A stretch of 62,725 nucleotides of DNA, the filler included, from Choristocarpus tenellus KU-1152 (Eukaryota > Protista > Phaeophyceae), in the NCBI GenBank assembly GCA_964200185.2. It is 10 parts of 10 records of this genome, joined end to end, with 100 filler letters (N's around TTAATTAATTAA, not from the genome) between each part and the next. Parts side by side here need not be neighbours in the genome. Positions count along the whole stretch, not along the records: positions 3,749 to 13,343 come from CAXNAD020003547.1; positions 13,444 to 18,204 come from CAXNAD020013156.1; positions 18,305 to 21,665 come from CAXNAD020020545.1; positions 21,766 to 35,331 come from CAXNAD020001449.1; 6 more parts are not named here. One strand, 5' to 3'. Below the pieces are notes generated by a model that saw nothing but the letters and a program-made list of their open reading frames with translations, was not told where the DNA came from and ran no database searches. Shown one piece after another: positions 11,311 through 24,137 of this stretch. The translations under genes were made by a program, and so were the position numbers. Position 1 is the first letter of the stretch; the number at the start of each line of letters is the position of its first letter.

Positions 11311-13256
11311 AAATGTGCCTTTTACTTTCATAGAGTGGGATACATTGCATTTATGGTGAAGGTGTGCCATACCCACCATGAACTAAGTGAACATATTGAC
11401 ACCGAAGGAGCTTTTTTTTTCAGAGATCCCTCCAACTGCAACATGGCAGCAAGCTATCTTTTTCCATTTAGCCCAAACTCCTAAATGTAACCTCATACCC
11501 TCTACTGCATGAGAACACATGAACATATTGTAGTCAATGGTTTGCGTTTCCTATCTTCACAAACACTGCTCCAATTCCTCATCCTACCTGAGAGGTCCTG
11601 ATCCCCTATTCCTAGGTCGACCTCGTCTGATTCAGGACATCAACTGGAAGTTTTATTTGTTGTCCAATCAATGTCTTCTTTCTTCATGACCCTCACAAAC
11701 CTCTGTTACTGCAATCTCATGGCTCATGGCTCATGGCCCACAAGAATATATCGATTCAATCTCTTTGCACAATATAGTCAATAATCCATAGAATGATGAC
11801 TCTCACCCACCCCCCTATCCTATATCCTATAATATCATCATTCCATATCAGACAAATGTTCAGTCTGCATTTCTTACCACATCATCTTCGGATCGAAACT
11901 TCCAATATAGAAGTAATAGACATAGTTCTTATATAGGCTAGATTTTGCTGCAGCACCTTCACTTAACATAAGCTCCATCACATGCAAAGACAACAGAAGT
12001 TGTGCCACAGTACCTCCGCTACCCTGTCCCTCTGATATAGTCTGGCAACCCATGAGGGGTACACCCCAATGGGAGCCTAGTTGATATTTTAGATAGGGAG
12101 GAAATAGATCATTGAGTTTCCTTGAGGCTCAATGCTTCATGCAGTGGCTCCCCACATTCATTTACAAGGTTCAAACCTCTTCAACATCAGACTTCTCTTC
12201 TTCTGTATTTGATTGCCCTTGATGGGACCGCGTAAGGCCCCCCCGCCTTCCTTCTCCTAATGACTTGGATGAGGCAGCGTAAGGCCTCATCTTCTTAATT
12301 TTATTCCTCTTCTGGACCAGCACGTCTCGGGCTTTCAACAAAAATCGACGCCTTATGCGCACCCCTCTCTTCATCTCTTACTTTCCCTACTTACTATGTG
12401 GTGGTGGGAAAATATTTCCGTTCTTTTTCAACTTTTCATTTTTTTTCTTTGTTTCTGCATCCGTCTTCCACTGACTTCATCAAGATTATTCGAAATAGGG
12501 TCCCCATTTTCCATCTCCTCTATTGACTTTGATGAGACAAGTCGATCTTCCTTTTCTCTTCTGGATCTGTACTAACAGAGGTTTTAACCGAATAAATATA
12601 GGGTCAGTTTTGAACCACATTCCTTGCGTGTTGTACCTATCTTTTAGCTTCTTCTTGCTTTCGCTACACAATAGACCACGATGGAAAAATACCCCCGACC
12701 TTTTTTATCCTTCCAATCATTTCTCTTCCTTTCTGTATGCACTCATCGCTTCAAGGGAGCATATCACGCCAGACTCCTTGCATGATTTCATTACTCTTTC
12801 GTTCTCCTTTTTATCACCCACTCAACTGTCAGGGAAAGGGAGGGAGTTCTGATTTCATTCTTTCTTTCAACTCCTTTTCACTATCCACCCCACTGTCAAG
12901 AAATGGGGGCATTCTGGATTTTTTATGCACTCTTCTTCTGTTGCCTCAAATTTTACTGTAGCCCACAGAAATCTCCCTGGGGATGGTAGGCCATATGATC
13001 CCCCTTGGCTTTGGTCTGCACATTCTGTCTCTGGTTTCTCTTTGGTCTTGCTCTCCCCTGTTCTTCATTTTCTCCCCTCTCCTTTTTCTCCCTAAGGATG
13101 CCTTGTCTAGTTCTGTGAACCAGTTCAACTACCGTTGTCACATACATTTGCTTCCTTGCGCTGGTCTTCCTTTATCGCGACAGTTGGGTGTGGCGTCGAC
13201 CGTTAACCCTCCTCTTCCTTGCCGTAATATTCAAAGGTTGTGTGGTTAGTGTGTTG

Positions 13257-13343
13257 GACCCAAAGTATCTGGGGGGGGGGGGGTCTACACCAGGGTGCCC
13301 ATTTAGGTCAAAATCAGGAAAAGTGCGTTTACATTATCCATCC
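13257..13343. mobile_element. MITE family 1, partial copy at contig end
   Basis: GACCCAAAGTATCT-Gn-TCTACACCAGGGTG... runs into the linker. Confidence 0.85.
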
Positions 13344-13443
13344 NNNNNNNNNNNNNNNNNNNNNNNNNNNNNNNNNNNNNNNNNNNNTTAATTAATTAAN
13401 NNNNNNNNNNNNNNNNNNNNNNNNNNNNNNNNNNNNNNNNNNN

Positions 13444-13497
13444 AAAAATGGACCCCAAATGGGGAGCCGCCCCCCCCCCCCCCAGATACTCTAAGCC
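13444..13497. mobile_element. MITE family 1, partial copy at contig start
   Basis: AAAAATGGACCCCAAATGG..GCCGC-Cn-AGATACTCTAAGCC matches the other arm of the element. Confidence 0.75.
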
Positions 13498-14399
13498 TCT
13501 CTCCTATCGTTCCGGTATTTGTGGATTTCTAATCAAGATACGCATAAAAATGTTATGATACAGAGTCACCCTTTTGTTTCATTTAGTCTTCTGCAAAGAC
13601 TCAACGCTCCTAACAGAGACTTTCCATCTTCTTTCAAGCCTGGTCAACATGCCAAAATTCCTTGATCAGTTCTTCTCACGTCCTCCTTGCACAAGGAACA
13701 AGGTTTCTTATCCACGGAGCAATCCACTTGAGTCTCATCATCTACGTCATCGTCATCACTAGGCTGTGATACCCACGGCAAGCAATGCAACATCCATCAA
13801 GGGGCTACTGGGGTCACAAATCTCACACGTTCTATTCAACGTTGACTATCTGCAGGGCTAGACAATTAGTCAAGTACTCGAGTACACTGACGAATTCACC
13901 CTATTACTATTGTACTGTTCAGAACCAAAGTTATCTCTATATTGTCACGAATACCTCCATCTACAGTTTGTATGTTGTAGTAAGGGTGGTGTATTTACTA
14001 CTACTATTCAACTATTGTATGTAGAGTGTAAGGTATATAATATGGTACATAAATGTTAGTATGATCCTTGACATGCTGTAGGGATTGATATGTAGCAGAA
14101 CTACACATAGGGAGGGAGGGAGAAGGCAACAAAGCATAGAACCACATAGGAATGTAAAAGAGGAAAGAAGAGGAAAAGAGGGAAGATCATGTGAAGAATA
14201 CAACTGACACAATCACAAAAGAGACTACTAGAATATGAGATACACCAACCGTATTGTATGTAAAATATCGGATGAGAAAACGACGAAAAAAAACTCTTAT
14301 GCTGTCTATGAAGGAGGGAGAGAAATATGGGAAACCCGTTTCTACCTTCTACCCCCTTCAGCTGTAAAACAAGCATCCGAAACCAAGTCGTCACTGGTG

Positions 14400-17200
14400 G
14401 TCGGCAGGCAATGCTTAGGAAGGGTGAACTCAGGTTTTCCCCCTCCTTTGCTTGTCCCTACTCGACCACCCACCTCCACGAGTACAAGTCTTCCTTAAAT
14501 TTCTTGCCTACCTTGACTTGTGTGTTGCCTTCTCATATTTCTGCGCTTTGTTCGATTTGAACCCTCCTTTGCACTGCCCTACCAAACCAACCCCCATTCT
14601 GGTGTAGCAATAGCAGACACACCAGCTGCCAAAGAAGAAAACGGCCAAGGCGGATAACGTAAGACGCATTACAGTCTTCCGTATCCATACACCTCACTTT
14701 TTGACTACGTCTCTTGACTCAAGGTACCCTGCTAACAACTCCTTCAGTCCCTCTTTTACCCTCTGCCAGCGCTTGTCATGCCCTCGTTCAATCCTCTATC
14801 CGATTGCTACTTATACGGTGTGCCGACCTGTTATCTTCTTGGCTGGAAGGATTGGGGGTTCGTCTACTGTCCTAGGGCCTAGCAATCGGATATGGTCAGA
14901 CACTAGAGAGTTAATTACCAAATGTGATCCCCTCCCATCATCCAACCAATGAATCTCTACAAGAAAACTGTCATCCACATATATACTGTAAATGGAAGGA
15001 TCATCTGCTCCCCCTATTCCTAATCTTCTATGTACCATCGAACTCACATACCATCCTCGTACCACTTTGCGACGAGTGTTCTACACCTGCAGCAATTTTT
15101 CGGGGTTCAGGGATCACAATGGCGAAGGAGGGAGTTGTTTCACAACAGGAATATTCTAAACCTTTGGACTACTCCTCCATCCAAACTGTAGACTAAAGTC
15201 AACTACTACCAGTTCCCTAACATTTTACCCAAATCTAGCTGCCCTCCTTGGTTCTACAAGTACTTGGCGAAAGGCGTCCTTAACATCCATCTTGCTAATC
15301 ATTGTTTTCACCCTCAGGAAGTTATTCTGGAGATCCATTATCGTATGTACCACATCAGCCAACAGTGTACCAATAAGAACAAGGGGGGCGGCCTTCGTAT
15401 CTGCATTCACACAGGGCCCCCAACTATCCTGCTGGCAAGACAGACCATGAATAATCCGCACTTGGACGGTTCTTGGACAACTTCTACTGGGGACAAGCGC
15501 AATCCTGCAATTTTGGCCGTCGCACTCTTGTGGAACACTACGGCCCTGCCCTAAGTTCAATCCATTACAACCTTTTCACTAATGATCCTTCTTGGCTATT
15601 CCACTCCCATGATTCCCGTACTCCGGCCTACCCTCTATCTTCCCTTTTTCCATATACATCTACTGGTACCCCTTCTTGGACTACTTGCTCTGGTGTACCC
15701 ATTTGTGGAAAAGCCACCTTCTTCCTAACGAAATTGCTCATCATTCCTACCCCAGTACAGGTGCACAGGACACCATCTCTGCCCCAACTTCGATACAAAT
15801 CGTTGCAAATCCCCCTACCCTTGTCTAACAGTCTTTCCCCTTTCTCTACGACCTCCCCTGGATCTCGTACTGTTTTCTCGGTCACCACCTCCACCTCCTG
15901 CAACCATTTCCATACCTCAAACCAATCTTCAACGATGTCTATGCCTACTCCTTCCCCTTCCCCTCTACATTGAATTGACCAGTGCAGTGACCTTGTTCTC
16001 GGTATATCTCTCGACAGGCGATTGTGGTGGGGCACGGTTGCGTCTGCAAGTGTCTTGCGTTACTGGCTCGGCTCGGTATGAGATGAGCCTGTGTCCTCAG
16101 AGGGCCATCTGGTGGGGGATATCTTGGTCCTTTTTGTGAAAGAAGCTGAAGTTTCTAAGGCTTGCGTATTTTAGAGAAAAATCAAACTAAGAGGGTAGGG
16201 CCTTGTCCGTTTGGAGTTCAAAATTTAATGTTGCGATTCTGATGAATTTTGGCTATCATGTTTCTTAGCAAGTGCCAATATCCTTGCTCCAGATACACCT
16301 TTCATAGTCGTACTTCGAAATGTTACGTAGTAGGTAACTATGTTCACACAGAAAACCGAAAAAGGGCACAGAAAAAACATGGTAAGTCAGGCCACAAACG
16401 GACGAACAGGGCAAAACCCCTACCCTCTATAATGCCTTGGCTCTTAATGACTTGATGGAGTCCTTATTGGGGTAGACAGGCTGTAGATGTAGTAGGGAAG
16501 TAGAAAGGAGGAGTGAGCCTCAAGGGGGGATCTCTTCCACCAAATCTATCCTATTCCGAGGATCACTACCCACTAATCAGAGATTCATGCTACAATTTTT
16601 CCTATTCCTGATTTCTTCTATGTTCAATAACCCATCTATATCTCCTATACTTGTGAATTTAAACTTGCTCTCTTCCAACAACTTATTGTTTCTTGCATAA
16701 TCTACATTTCCACAAGGACAGAAAGCATATTACTGACACTTCCGTCCCACCCTTATCTCCTCCCTTTTTTCTGGTTCCCCCCTATTCGCCTTTCACGAAC
16801 CAATTCAAGTTGTCAGGCATTTGGTAGTCGGCCTTGTTCACTCTTCTCCCCATTTCTCCTCTGGGAATAAATTCCCTGGTGTCAATGGCCGTTAGTTGGG
16901 TCAGTTGGTCTGCCACTAACTCTCTCACATCCACCGTCATGCCTAGAATATGCTGTAGTTCGTGGAAAATTGACATGTTAGTAGTACCTTGGGGGAAGAG
17001 GACATTCCCTTGGGTTACGTAGTATCCTCTTGTATTTGGTCCTCTCCACTCCTGTATCATCGCATTTCCCTTCACCCTCTCGGCGAGAGACGAAAACCCA
17101 ATCACCCTCTCCCTTCCCTTCGTATTCCGCCTTCCCTCCACCAATTTGTCTAACATTTTATCAAGGCGCAAGCTGGTTTCTGTTTGTAATCGCAAACATG
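14400..17200 (-). mobile_element. Decayed Ngaro/DIRS-like (tyrosine-recombinase class) retrotransposon: gag-like ORF plus RT
   Basis: RT motifs in order on the - strand: VRIIHGLS, KMDVKDAFRQVLVEP (15225-15560), VVDFSLQFGWRSSP (about 15165-15210), IYVDDSFL (14811-15065). Stops and frameshifts present. Upstream ORF 16782-17195 is putative gag. No recombinase domain seen. Confidence 0.72.
16174..16443. mobile_element. MITE family 2, copy 2, nested in the Ngaro-like element
   Basis: Shares AGAGGGTAG..GTCC..TGTTGCGATT..CTATCATG..AAGTG(T/C)CAATATC..CAGGGCAAAACCC.TACCCTCTA with 6853-7110. Flanks TTTA/TTAA. Confidence 0.75.
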
Positions 17201-18304
17201 GCCATCAACGTTCCAGACAGCTAAGCTAGATTCTTGGTACTATAGGGTTCGTTGGTTTTCTCATATCGCGTTGATGTCATCCTCTCCTCCCCCATTCTCC
17301 TTTCCTACCCTTTTTCCTTCCCCTCACTATCCTTGAATTCTTCCCTGTCTTCTACTACTCACTCTATCTCCTCGAGGACTCAGTGGTTAGGGACCATCTC
17401 TTTCCGTTGAGGTGTTTCATCTCTGGACCCATGTTCTTCTTTTACCCCCCGACTACTATTTATTTCTCCCCTTCCGTCTTCCCCTCCTGCCGTTCCATGA
17501 GGCCTATCTATAGAGAGGGTTGGTTTGACGTCTTCCAATTCTCATGGTCTGCTTTCCCAGTTGAAACGTTGCTCCAAGGTTGCCTTGATATTGCCCCTTT
17601 CTTGTCCTCCTATCCTTACCATTGACTTCCCTTTCCTGCTATATGTTCCCTCTCACTCTCTTTCCTTCTCCTGTCATCCATTTCCCATTAACTTCTCGAA
17701 TACCCAATCCGCTTCCGAGTCATTCAATCTTTAACTTTTTGTCTACCCTCATCTTTTTCTTCTTCTCTTCCCAAACCTCAACTTAGTATACGAACCTACC
17801 ACTACAAATTCTCTAAGTCAAAATACTTGCATTACTTCGAAACCTTTAACTTTTTGAGTTTTCTTTCTACTACATGTTTTCTTAACTCTGTGGAGTGAAC
17901 CGATAGATCTACCTTCTTTTGGCATGTAGGTCCGATCTCTTTTTCCCCTTTCCTTTAGGTTGCTTTTCTGACCATGGGTCCGTGTATGCTCAATATTGAT
18001 TCGTTTTTCTTGACAATATCTGTTTTTATTTCCTTGCAGCATCATTACTATACACTTCCAACTAATAACAGAGGATTTTCAAAATTGAGGCAGGAGCAGG
18101 ACTATGAGGTTGGTTTTGCGAAAACTGTCTTAAAAAAGTACCTCAAGGTTTTTTTATGCGCCTGTTCTTGCACTTGGAAGGGCCCCTTTTATGACCTTTT
18201 TTTGNNNNNNNNNNNNNNNNNNNNNNNNNNNNNNNNNNNNNNNNNNNNTTAATTAATTAANNNNNNNNNNNNNNNNNNNNNNNNNNNNNNNNNNNNNNNN
18301 NNNN

Positions 18305-21300
18305 CTTTACAACACCATGATTCCTCTTCCTTCGTAGTCTATGTATCATATACAATGCATTCGATTCAGGTTTCAACACACCCTTGACTGACATCCTCCG
18401 GAACAAAGGGATGCTTCCGAAAGAGACAGGAAGAAGAATGTCCCCTGGGGACCAGAGGAGCAGAAAGTCTTTGAAGAGCTTAAGATGTGTCTGGTCTATC
18501 CACCAATCCTAGTCTTTCCTGACTGGGATCAAACGTTCCTCCTTCATACAGATGCTAGTGAGGAAGGGGCTGGAGCAACCCTGACCCAGGTGCAAGATGA
18601 TGACCAAGAACATGTCATAGCATATGCTAGACATAGATGGTCTAAAACAGACAGTAGGAAAGCACACACTGAAAGGGAATGCATGGCCATCTTGTGGGCT
18701 GTAGAACCCTTCCGCTCCTACATTTGGGGTAGGAAATTCACCCTAATCACTGACTGCTCTGCACTGACGTGGCTCTTCAAGAGCCGTGAACTCAGCCCCA
18801 AGCTCCACAGGTGGGCCCTCCGTCTTATGGACCACGATATGGAACTTAAGTGGCGAGCAGGCTCGAAGCATCAACTACCGGATGGACTGTCACGACTCTC
18901 CTCACCAACAGGATCAGGTTTGGATATCGATGACTCTTTCCCTGACGATCCATCAGTAGTTTGTAGCAAGAACTACGCTGAACCACGAGGACCTATCTTA
19001 GCTGGTGTATGTTTGCAGGATCTAGGTACATCAAACCTAAGCCCAGGTCACCCCACACTGTCCCCTGCTTTCTCTGTGCGCTGGTAGATTCAGAACTAGA
19101 GTGTACCCCCCCCTCACATAATGAACAGAGTCTAGGTGTAGCACAAATGTTACTTCAGGGAACAGTTGATGCCACACTCTCAGGAATATTTTCAGCTCTG
19201 CAAGACTGCCACACGGGACCTGGTAATCTAGACTTAGGCGTTCGAGGTTGGTTACCACTCAGTAGTTCCCAGGATCAAGGCATGCCAGTGTATAAACTCC
19301 CTCCCTCTGGTTGGATGACCCCAGATAGAACATCTAGTGTAGACCTGACACACACCCCGCTTAACGCCACTAACACTTTTGGTTGGCAACCTTTAGACTC
19401 TACCCTCAAAGACGGGGTAGAAAAAAGGAAAAGCAGGAGAAGAAAAGCCACCTTACAAGAAAAGGCGCACAAGCACACCAAGGCCGAAGAACAAGAAGGG
19501 CAGTGGCAGAATGGTTCGAATGGGTGAGGTGGTTCAACACCATTCCACTCTCAAGAGAGCAATTGCTATTTTATCGGACGTGCCAGGGCTAGTGGAGAGG
19601 CAGAAGAAAGACCCCTTCTTGGGCAGCATACGGGGTGTACTCGAAGGCCAAGAACGCTGGAAGTCGTCAATCGAATGGGGAAAAGGGAGTATACATGTGG
19701 AGTCATATTTCTTAGATGATAAAGAGTTACTCTTGTACACCCCTGGAGAGTATTCACCTCACTAGTGTCAGACATCATAGTACTAGTTCACCTGCAGACT
19801 AGTCATCAGGGAGTTGGACACACAGTGGCCCTAACCCGTCGATACTTCTTTTGGCCCTCACTCCACAAAGACACGCAGGATTATGTTTTATCCTGTGGCT
19901 GTCGCAGACGAAAGACGACCAGGAGCGCACAAGTGGCAATGCTGCCAGCCAAGTTCCTGGAACCATGGGATGTACTTGAGATGGACCTACAAGATGTAGG
20001 GCACATTTCAGCAAAAGGAAATAAGTATCTGTTAATTGTGATTGATAGAGCTTCGAGATTCCCTTTTGCATTTCCCATAGCGTCAAAGGAAGCAACTGGA
20101 GTAGCGACCAACGTGCTAGAATTATGTCTCACATTCGGGATCCCTCTGCCAATTCGTAGTGATGTGGGAGGGGAGTTCACAGGAGACGTAATGAGTCACC
20201 TTTGCCGTTGGCTAAAGGTCCCTATCAGTTATGGACCAACTGGTAACTCGAGGGAACAAGGGGGAGTAGAAAAGATGGGAGGCCTACTTTTAGAAGTCTT
20301 GCCGGAACTATGTGTGAAGTGGCCAACAAGATGGGATGCGTATGTATCTCCAGCATGTTGGGCACAACGCACCACCCCAGATCCCTCTGACCCGCTCAAC
20401 CCCACCCCCTTCCGAGTCCTGTTTGGCCGTGACCCCCGCACACAGCTAGATGCAGTCATACCAAAATTTGGATGGGGACGTAGAGGTTGGAAGATTGGAT
20501 TCCTTCATCGAACAGCGTAGACAGAACTTCAGGGAGGTACGAGAAGTCCTGGAGAGAAGGATGTCCGCTAGGCAGAGACAGACAGAGAGAGAGCCAATAC
20601 TTTGATAGCTAGGTCTTCACCAGGACTCGGATCCAAACCAGGCGACCTAGTCCTAGTAAAAGAAGCAGACAGCTCTATTCATGGGGAATGATTAGGCGAG
20701 ATGAGAGTAGGCAGAAAACTAGTCCATGGAAGATGGACAGGACTGTGAAAGAGGTATCACATCAAAGTAGTAGCATGACAGTAGAGCTGCTAGGCAGGCA
20801 AACTCGCACTTGTACTGTTCATGCTTCTCATGTAACACTATTTCATGTACGACCCACTCATCTAAGACATAGCTTCCAAGAGGAGTATGCTCAACTAGCA
20901 TGGGAATCGGATCTAGGCCTGTCAGAGCAATCTGTGGTAGCAACCCCCATGTACACTCTCTTATAGGCAGAAAAGCAATATTGTCGCCATCCAATGTATG
21001 GCATTGGGAGTACAGAGGAAAGTACCAGAATGGGGAATTGTCGGATTGGATTACTGAGAGAGAGGCTATGGATAGCTTCACTCCACTACAGCTAGATGTC
21101 TTCCATTCCCTATGGGACCTCTATAATCCAGACACGAGCCCACGCCCTACTGACACCTCCCGCAAAGGAAAACCCTTGTCTAGAGAGGATGCATTACGCC
21201 TTTTCTCCACTGGTACTACTGTCAAGAAGTCATGGAAAGACGAGAAGGGAAAAGATAAGTGGTACATAGGTGCAGTTTTTGACTTCAAGTCACCCTACTG

Positions 21301-21372
21301 AAAGGTACGGTTTAATGATGGGGATTGTGAAGAAATGAACGAAAGTGAAATGAGTCGTTTCTCCCGAAAATA
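18305..21372 (+). mobile_element. Ty3/Gypsy LTR retrotransposon pol (RNase H, integrase, C-terminal chromo-like and Tudor-like modules), disrupted
   Basis: RNase H: PPILVFPDW..FLLHTDAS..GAGATL..ERECMAILWAV..F.LITDCSALTWL (18485-18900). Integrase: H-x4-H..C-G-C zinc site, WDVLEMDL, LLIVIDRASRF, IRSDVGGEF, GGVEKM (19765-20520). Domain order RH-IN indicates Gypsy. Several frameshifts. Confidence 0.93.
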
Positions 21373-21765
21373 ATCCAACAGGTAACCACTACGCATCCAG
21401 AAAGCAAGGTACGTGAGGACTAACCAATTTATAGACTGACGTTGATGTTATGGCCTGTTTTACGCACTAGCAGCCGTCAGTATGCTTTGTGCTGGGGGGC
21501 ATGAGACAGGCAATAATTGGATGATACTTTGGTACTCTAGGAAAGCTGTACCTTAGAGAAAATGAATATATCCTCAGAATTAGGCTAGACGCAGACAGAT
21601 TTCCCCAGTAGGATAAGGATACATGTTTAGGCCTAGTAGAAGCTTGGCATATTTTTCTGCTCTTCNNNNNNNNNNNNNNNNNNNNNNNNNNNNNNNNNNN
21701 NNNNNNNNNTTAATTAATTAANNNNNNNNNNNNNNNNNNNNNNNNNNNNNNNNNNNNNNNNNNNN

Positions 21766-21785
21766 CCCCCCAGATACTTTGGCCC
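21766..21785. mobile_element. MITE family 1 terminus at contig start
   Basis: CCCCCCAGATACTTTGGCCC directly after the linker. Confidence 0.65.
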
Positions 21786-22699
21786 TTGATTCAAATCCTA
21801 ACAAACACACATATGAACAACAAACCTATCTGCATCCGTTACGTATTGCACCCCATGTCGTGCCTCGAACCAATCAGGTTTCATCCCTGCGCACCTTGCA
21901 TGAAAATACCTGTGTCATAAAAACGTCAAACCAACTTTTATTTCTTTTTAGATGATGCGGAAGATCTATATATTCTTGCAAACATATCCTATACCCATCT
22001 CAGCAACACACAGTTTTTCGCAAGATAAATGCTCAGGTAATTCTTTGATGGGAATAAGTGAAGCAAACATCTTGTAACATGATTAGACGTCACCCAGGCA
22101 TTAATGAGCCGACGACGTCATGGCAAAGTCCCGTTATCGTCCAATACAAGAAATCGAACCTATACCTACATATATTGTTCACACAGCAGTTAATAGAGTA
22201 TATAAACGACTGCCTCTCAGGCCAGATTACTTTGGCTCTTTAATAACAAATATTATTCTTCTATGTTGGCATATTGCTACGTTCTAACGGTCTTTGACTA
22301 CTCTTTCCAATATATCCTTCCTTAAATTGAAAGAATGTCAGATGTAATAGATTCTATGTCGGAATCCCCAATCGCGCATGGAGATTGATATTCATCAATT
22401 AATATGGTTCTGTACTCAAATCATGAAGTATCCAGCCAATCACGTTCACCATATCCACAATTTCACACTCGAAGTTCACGTCGATGCACTTTCTCGAAGA
22501 GCAAACACTTCCTCCAGACTTTTAATTCAATAAAGAATCAATAAAATATCCAAATGGAATCATTACAATATGATTAACGTGCCCCAAACTATCTACACAC
22601 CTTCCCCGTTCCTCTCCTCAAATCCACTCCAACGTAAGGAATTTATTCCGCACAGATGAAAAAACAATGTTATACAATTTTAAGGAATGAACATCCAGC

Positions 22700-23572
22700 A
22701 GCCTTGACCTACAACTGTTGCTTTACCGTTTCGATCTGGCAGAACGAACACCGGCACAAATTTTACTACTACTGCCTTCCTGTGCTTCCATTCTACCTAC
22801 TCCTGAGCCCCGGTGGGAGGAGCTAGGGAGGCCTCCCAAGAATCCAACAAACCCCTCCGTGCACATCTCCCTGGCGACTCTAGCTTTAAACGCATGGCAT
22901 GTCTAGACAGTGCCACTTACGTCGTCACCGAGATAATTTGGTGTGGCCGGGATTTTACTACTCCTTTTCTGCTAGATCCTCCAGTTCCTCTCCCCCCCAC
23001 CATGTGAGTAGCCAGCTCATACAGGAAGCATTCCGCTTGCTTGCTGAGGCGCCCAAAACTTTCCACCGTGAAGGTGTTGAGGTTATAACTACGAGCCCTC
23101 ATAGTGGGTGAGCTTTAGCGCCTCGGCTGCAGCAGCAGGTACACCATTGCTGGTGGATGAGTGGGTTAGGGGGAAGGTTGCCTGTACCTATGCGAAGGTG
23201 ACGTCTAGCAGAAGACCTTTGTCCCTGTGGGGGGCTGTTCCTATGTCCGCTAGTGCCCCTACGTGGAAGACCAGATCCATGCGGAGATTCCTGTCCACTC
23301 TGAAAGGGCTAACGTCCTCCATAGTGCAAGGGATGCCCGTCCCCTTGCATAGTTGGTGCAGGCGTTTTACCGTTGGAGTGTGCTGTCGTACCTGTTACCT
23401 TGCCCTGGGGCAGGTACGGGCGAGTCTGATATCGGCGTTTTGCCTCATGTACCCTGCCACTGGGCACTTGTTGGATAGGGCCTCCTCCCTCCCTAGGGAT
23501 CTGCTGACTGTGAGCTTGAATTCCTGAGGGGGGATCTTGCATGCTGGTTCCAGAGGTTGAGTCGAGGTCCAC
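22700..23572 (-). mobile_element. 3' fragment of a non-LTR retrotransposon with restriction-like endonuclease (CRE/R2-type RLE), decayed
   Basis: - strand reads EFKLTVSRSLGREEALSNKCP...ARTCP (decayed zinc knuckle), then LRMDLVFHVG...KGLLLDVTFA...AAAAEALKLTHY and SYNLNTFTVESFGRLSKQA, the RxD..D..K..VE.FG layout of RLE domains. Confidence 0.72.
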
Positions 23573-24137
23573 ATTATTATTATTATTATTTTAGGATCCT
23601 TGCAAAAGAAACTTTCATCATTGTCAAAGATATCTCTCCAAAAAATGTAATTTGATTATAACCTATAGAATATTCCATAACTATTTTCCATTTTTTTTCT
23701 TATGCCCTCCAACATTGGAAAATGTGTCAGTAGAAAAAACAATGAAAAACCATTGAAGTGTCAGAACAACTCCCAAAAATGAAACAAAAAAAACAGTTGA
23801 TGGTGTGTATAATACTATACCGTTATTCTAGATACATAGCGTCATACCGCTCAGCTGACCCTTGATACTAAAATATGACTGAAATTGCCAAATATCAAGA
23901 TTTGTTGGTGATCAACCTGAAAATGCTTCTATTTGATCACTGATCTCAATCGTCACTTCTCAAACAACTTGCGCGCGGATATTGGTAATTTGTGAATGTC
24001 AACTCACTTCGCCTATCAATTCTGCATTTGTTTTGGAGTACTCTCCTCCAAATTCCCCATTTACCCCTAACTTTTTCAATCACAAACCATAGTCAAACAT
24101 CGGTGTCGTTGTTTGTGAGGGTATAGTGATCGCTACC

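Noticed and set aside
11500-13250. Purine-rich minus-strand ORF fragments, possible retroelement or transposase relic
   Set aside because: No diagnostic motif could be assigned with confidence.
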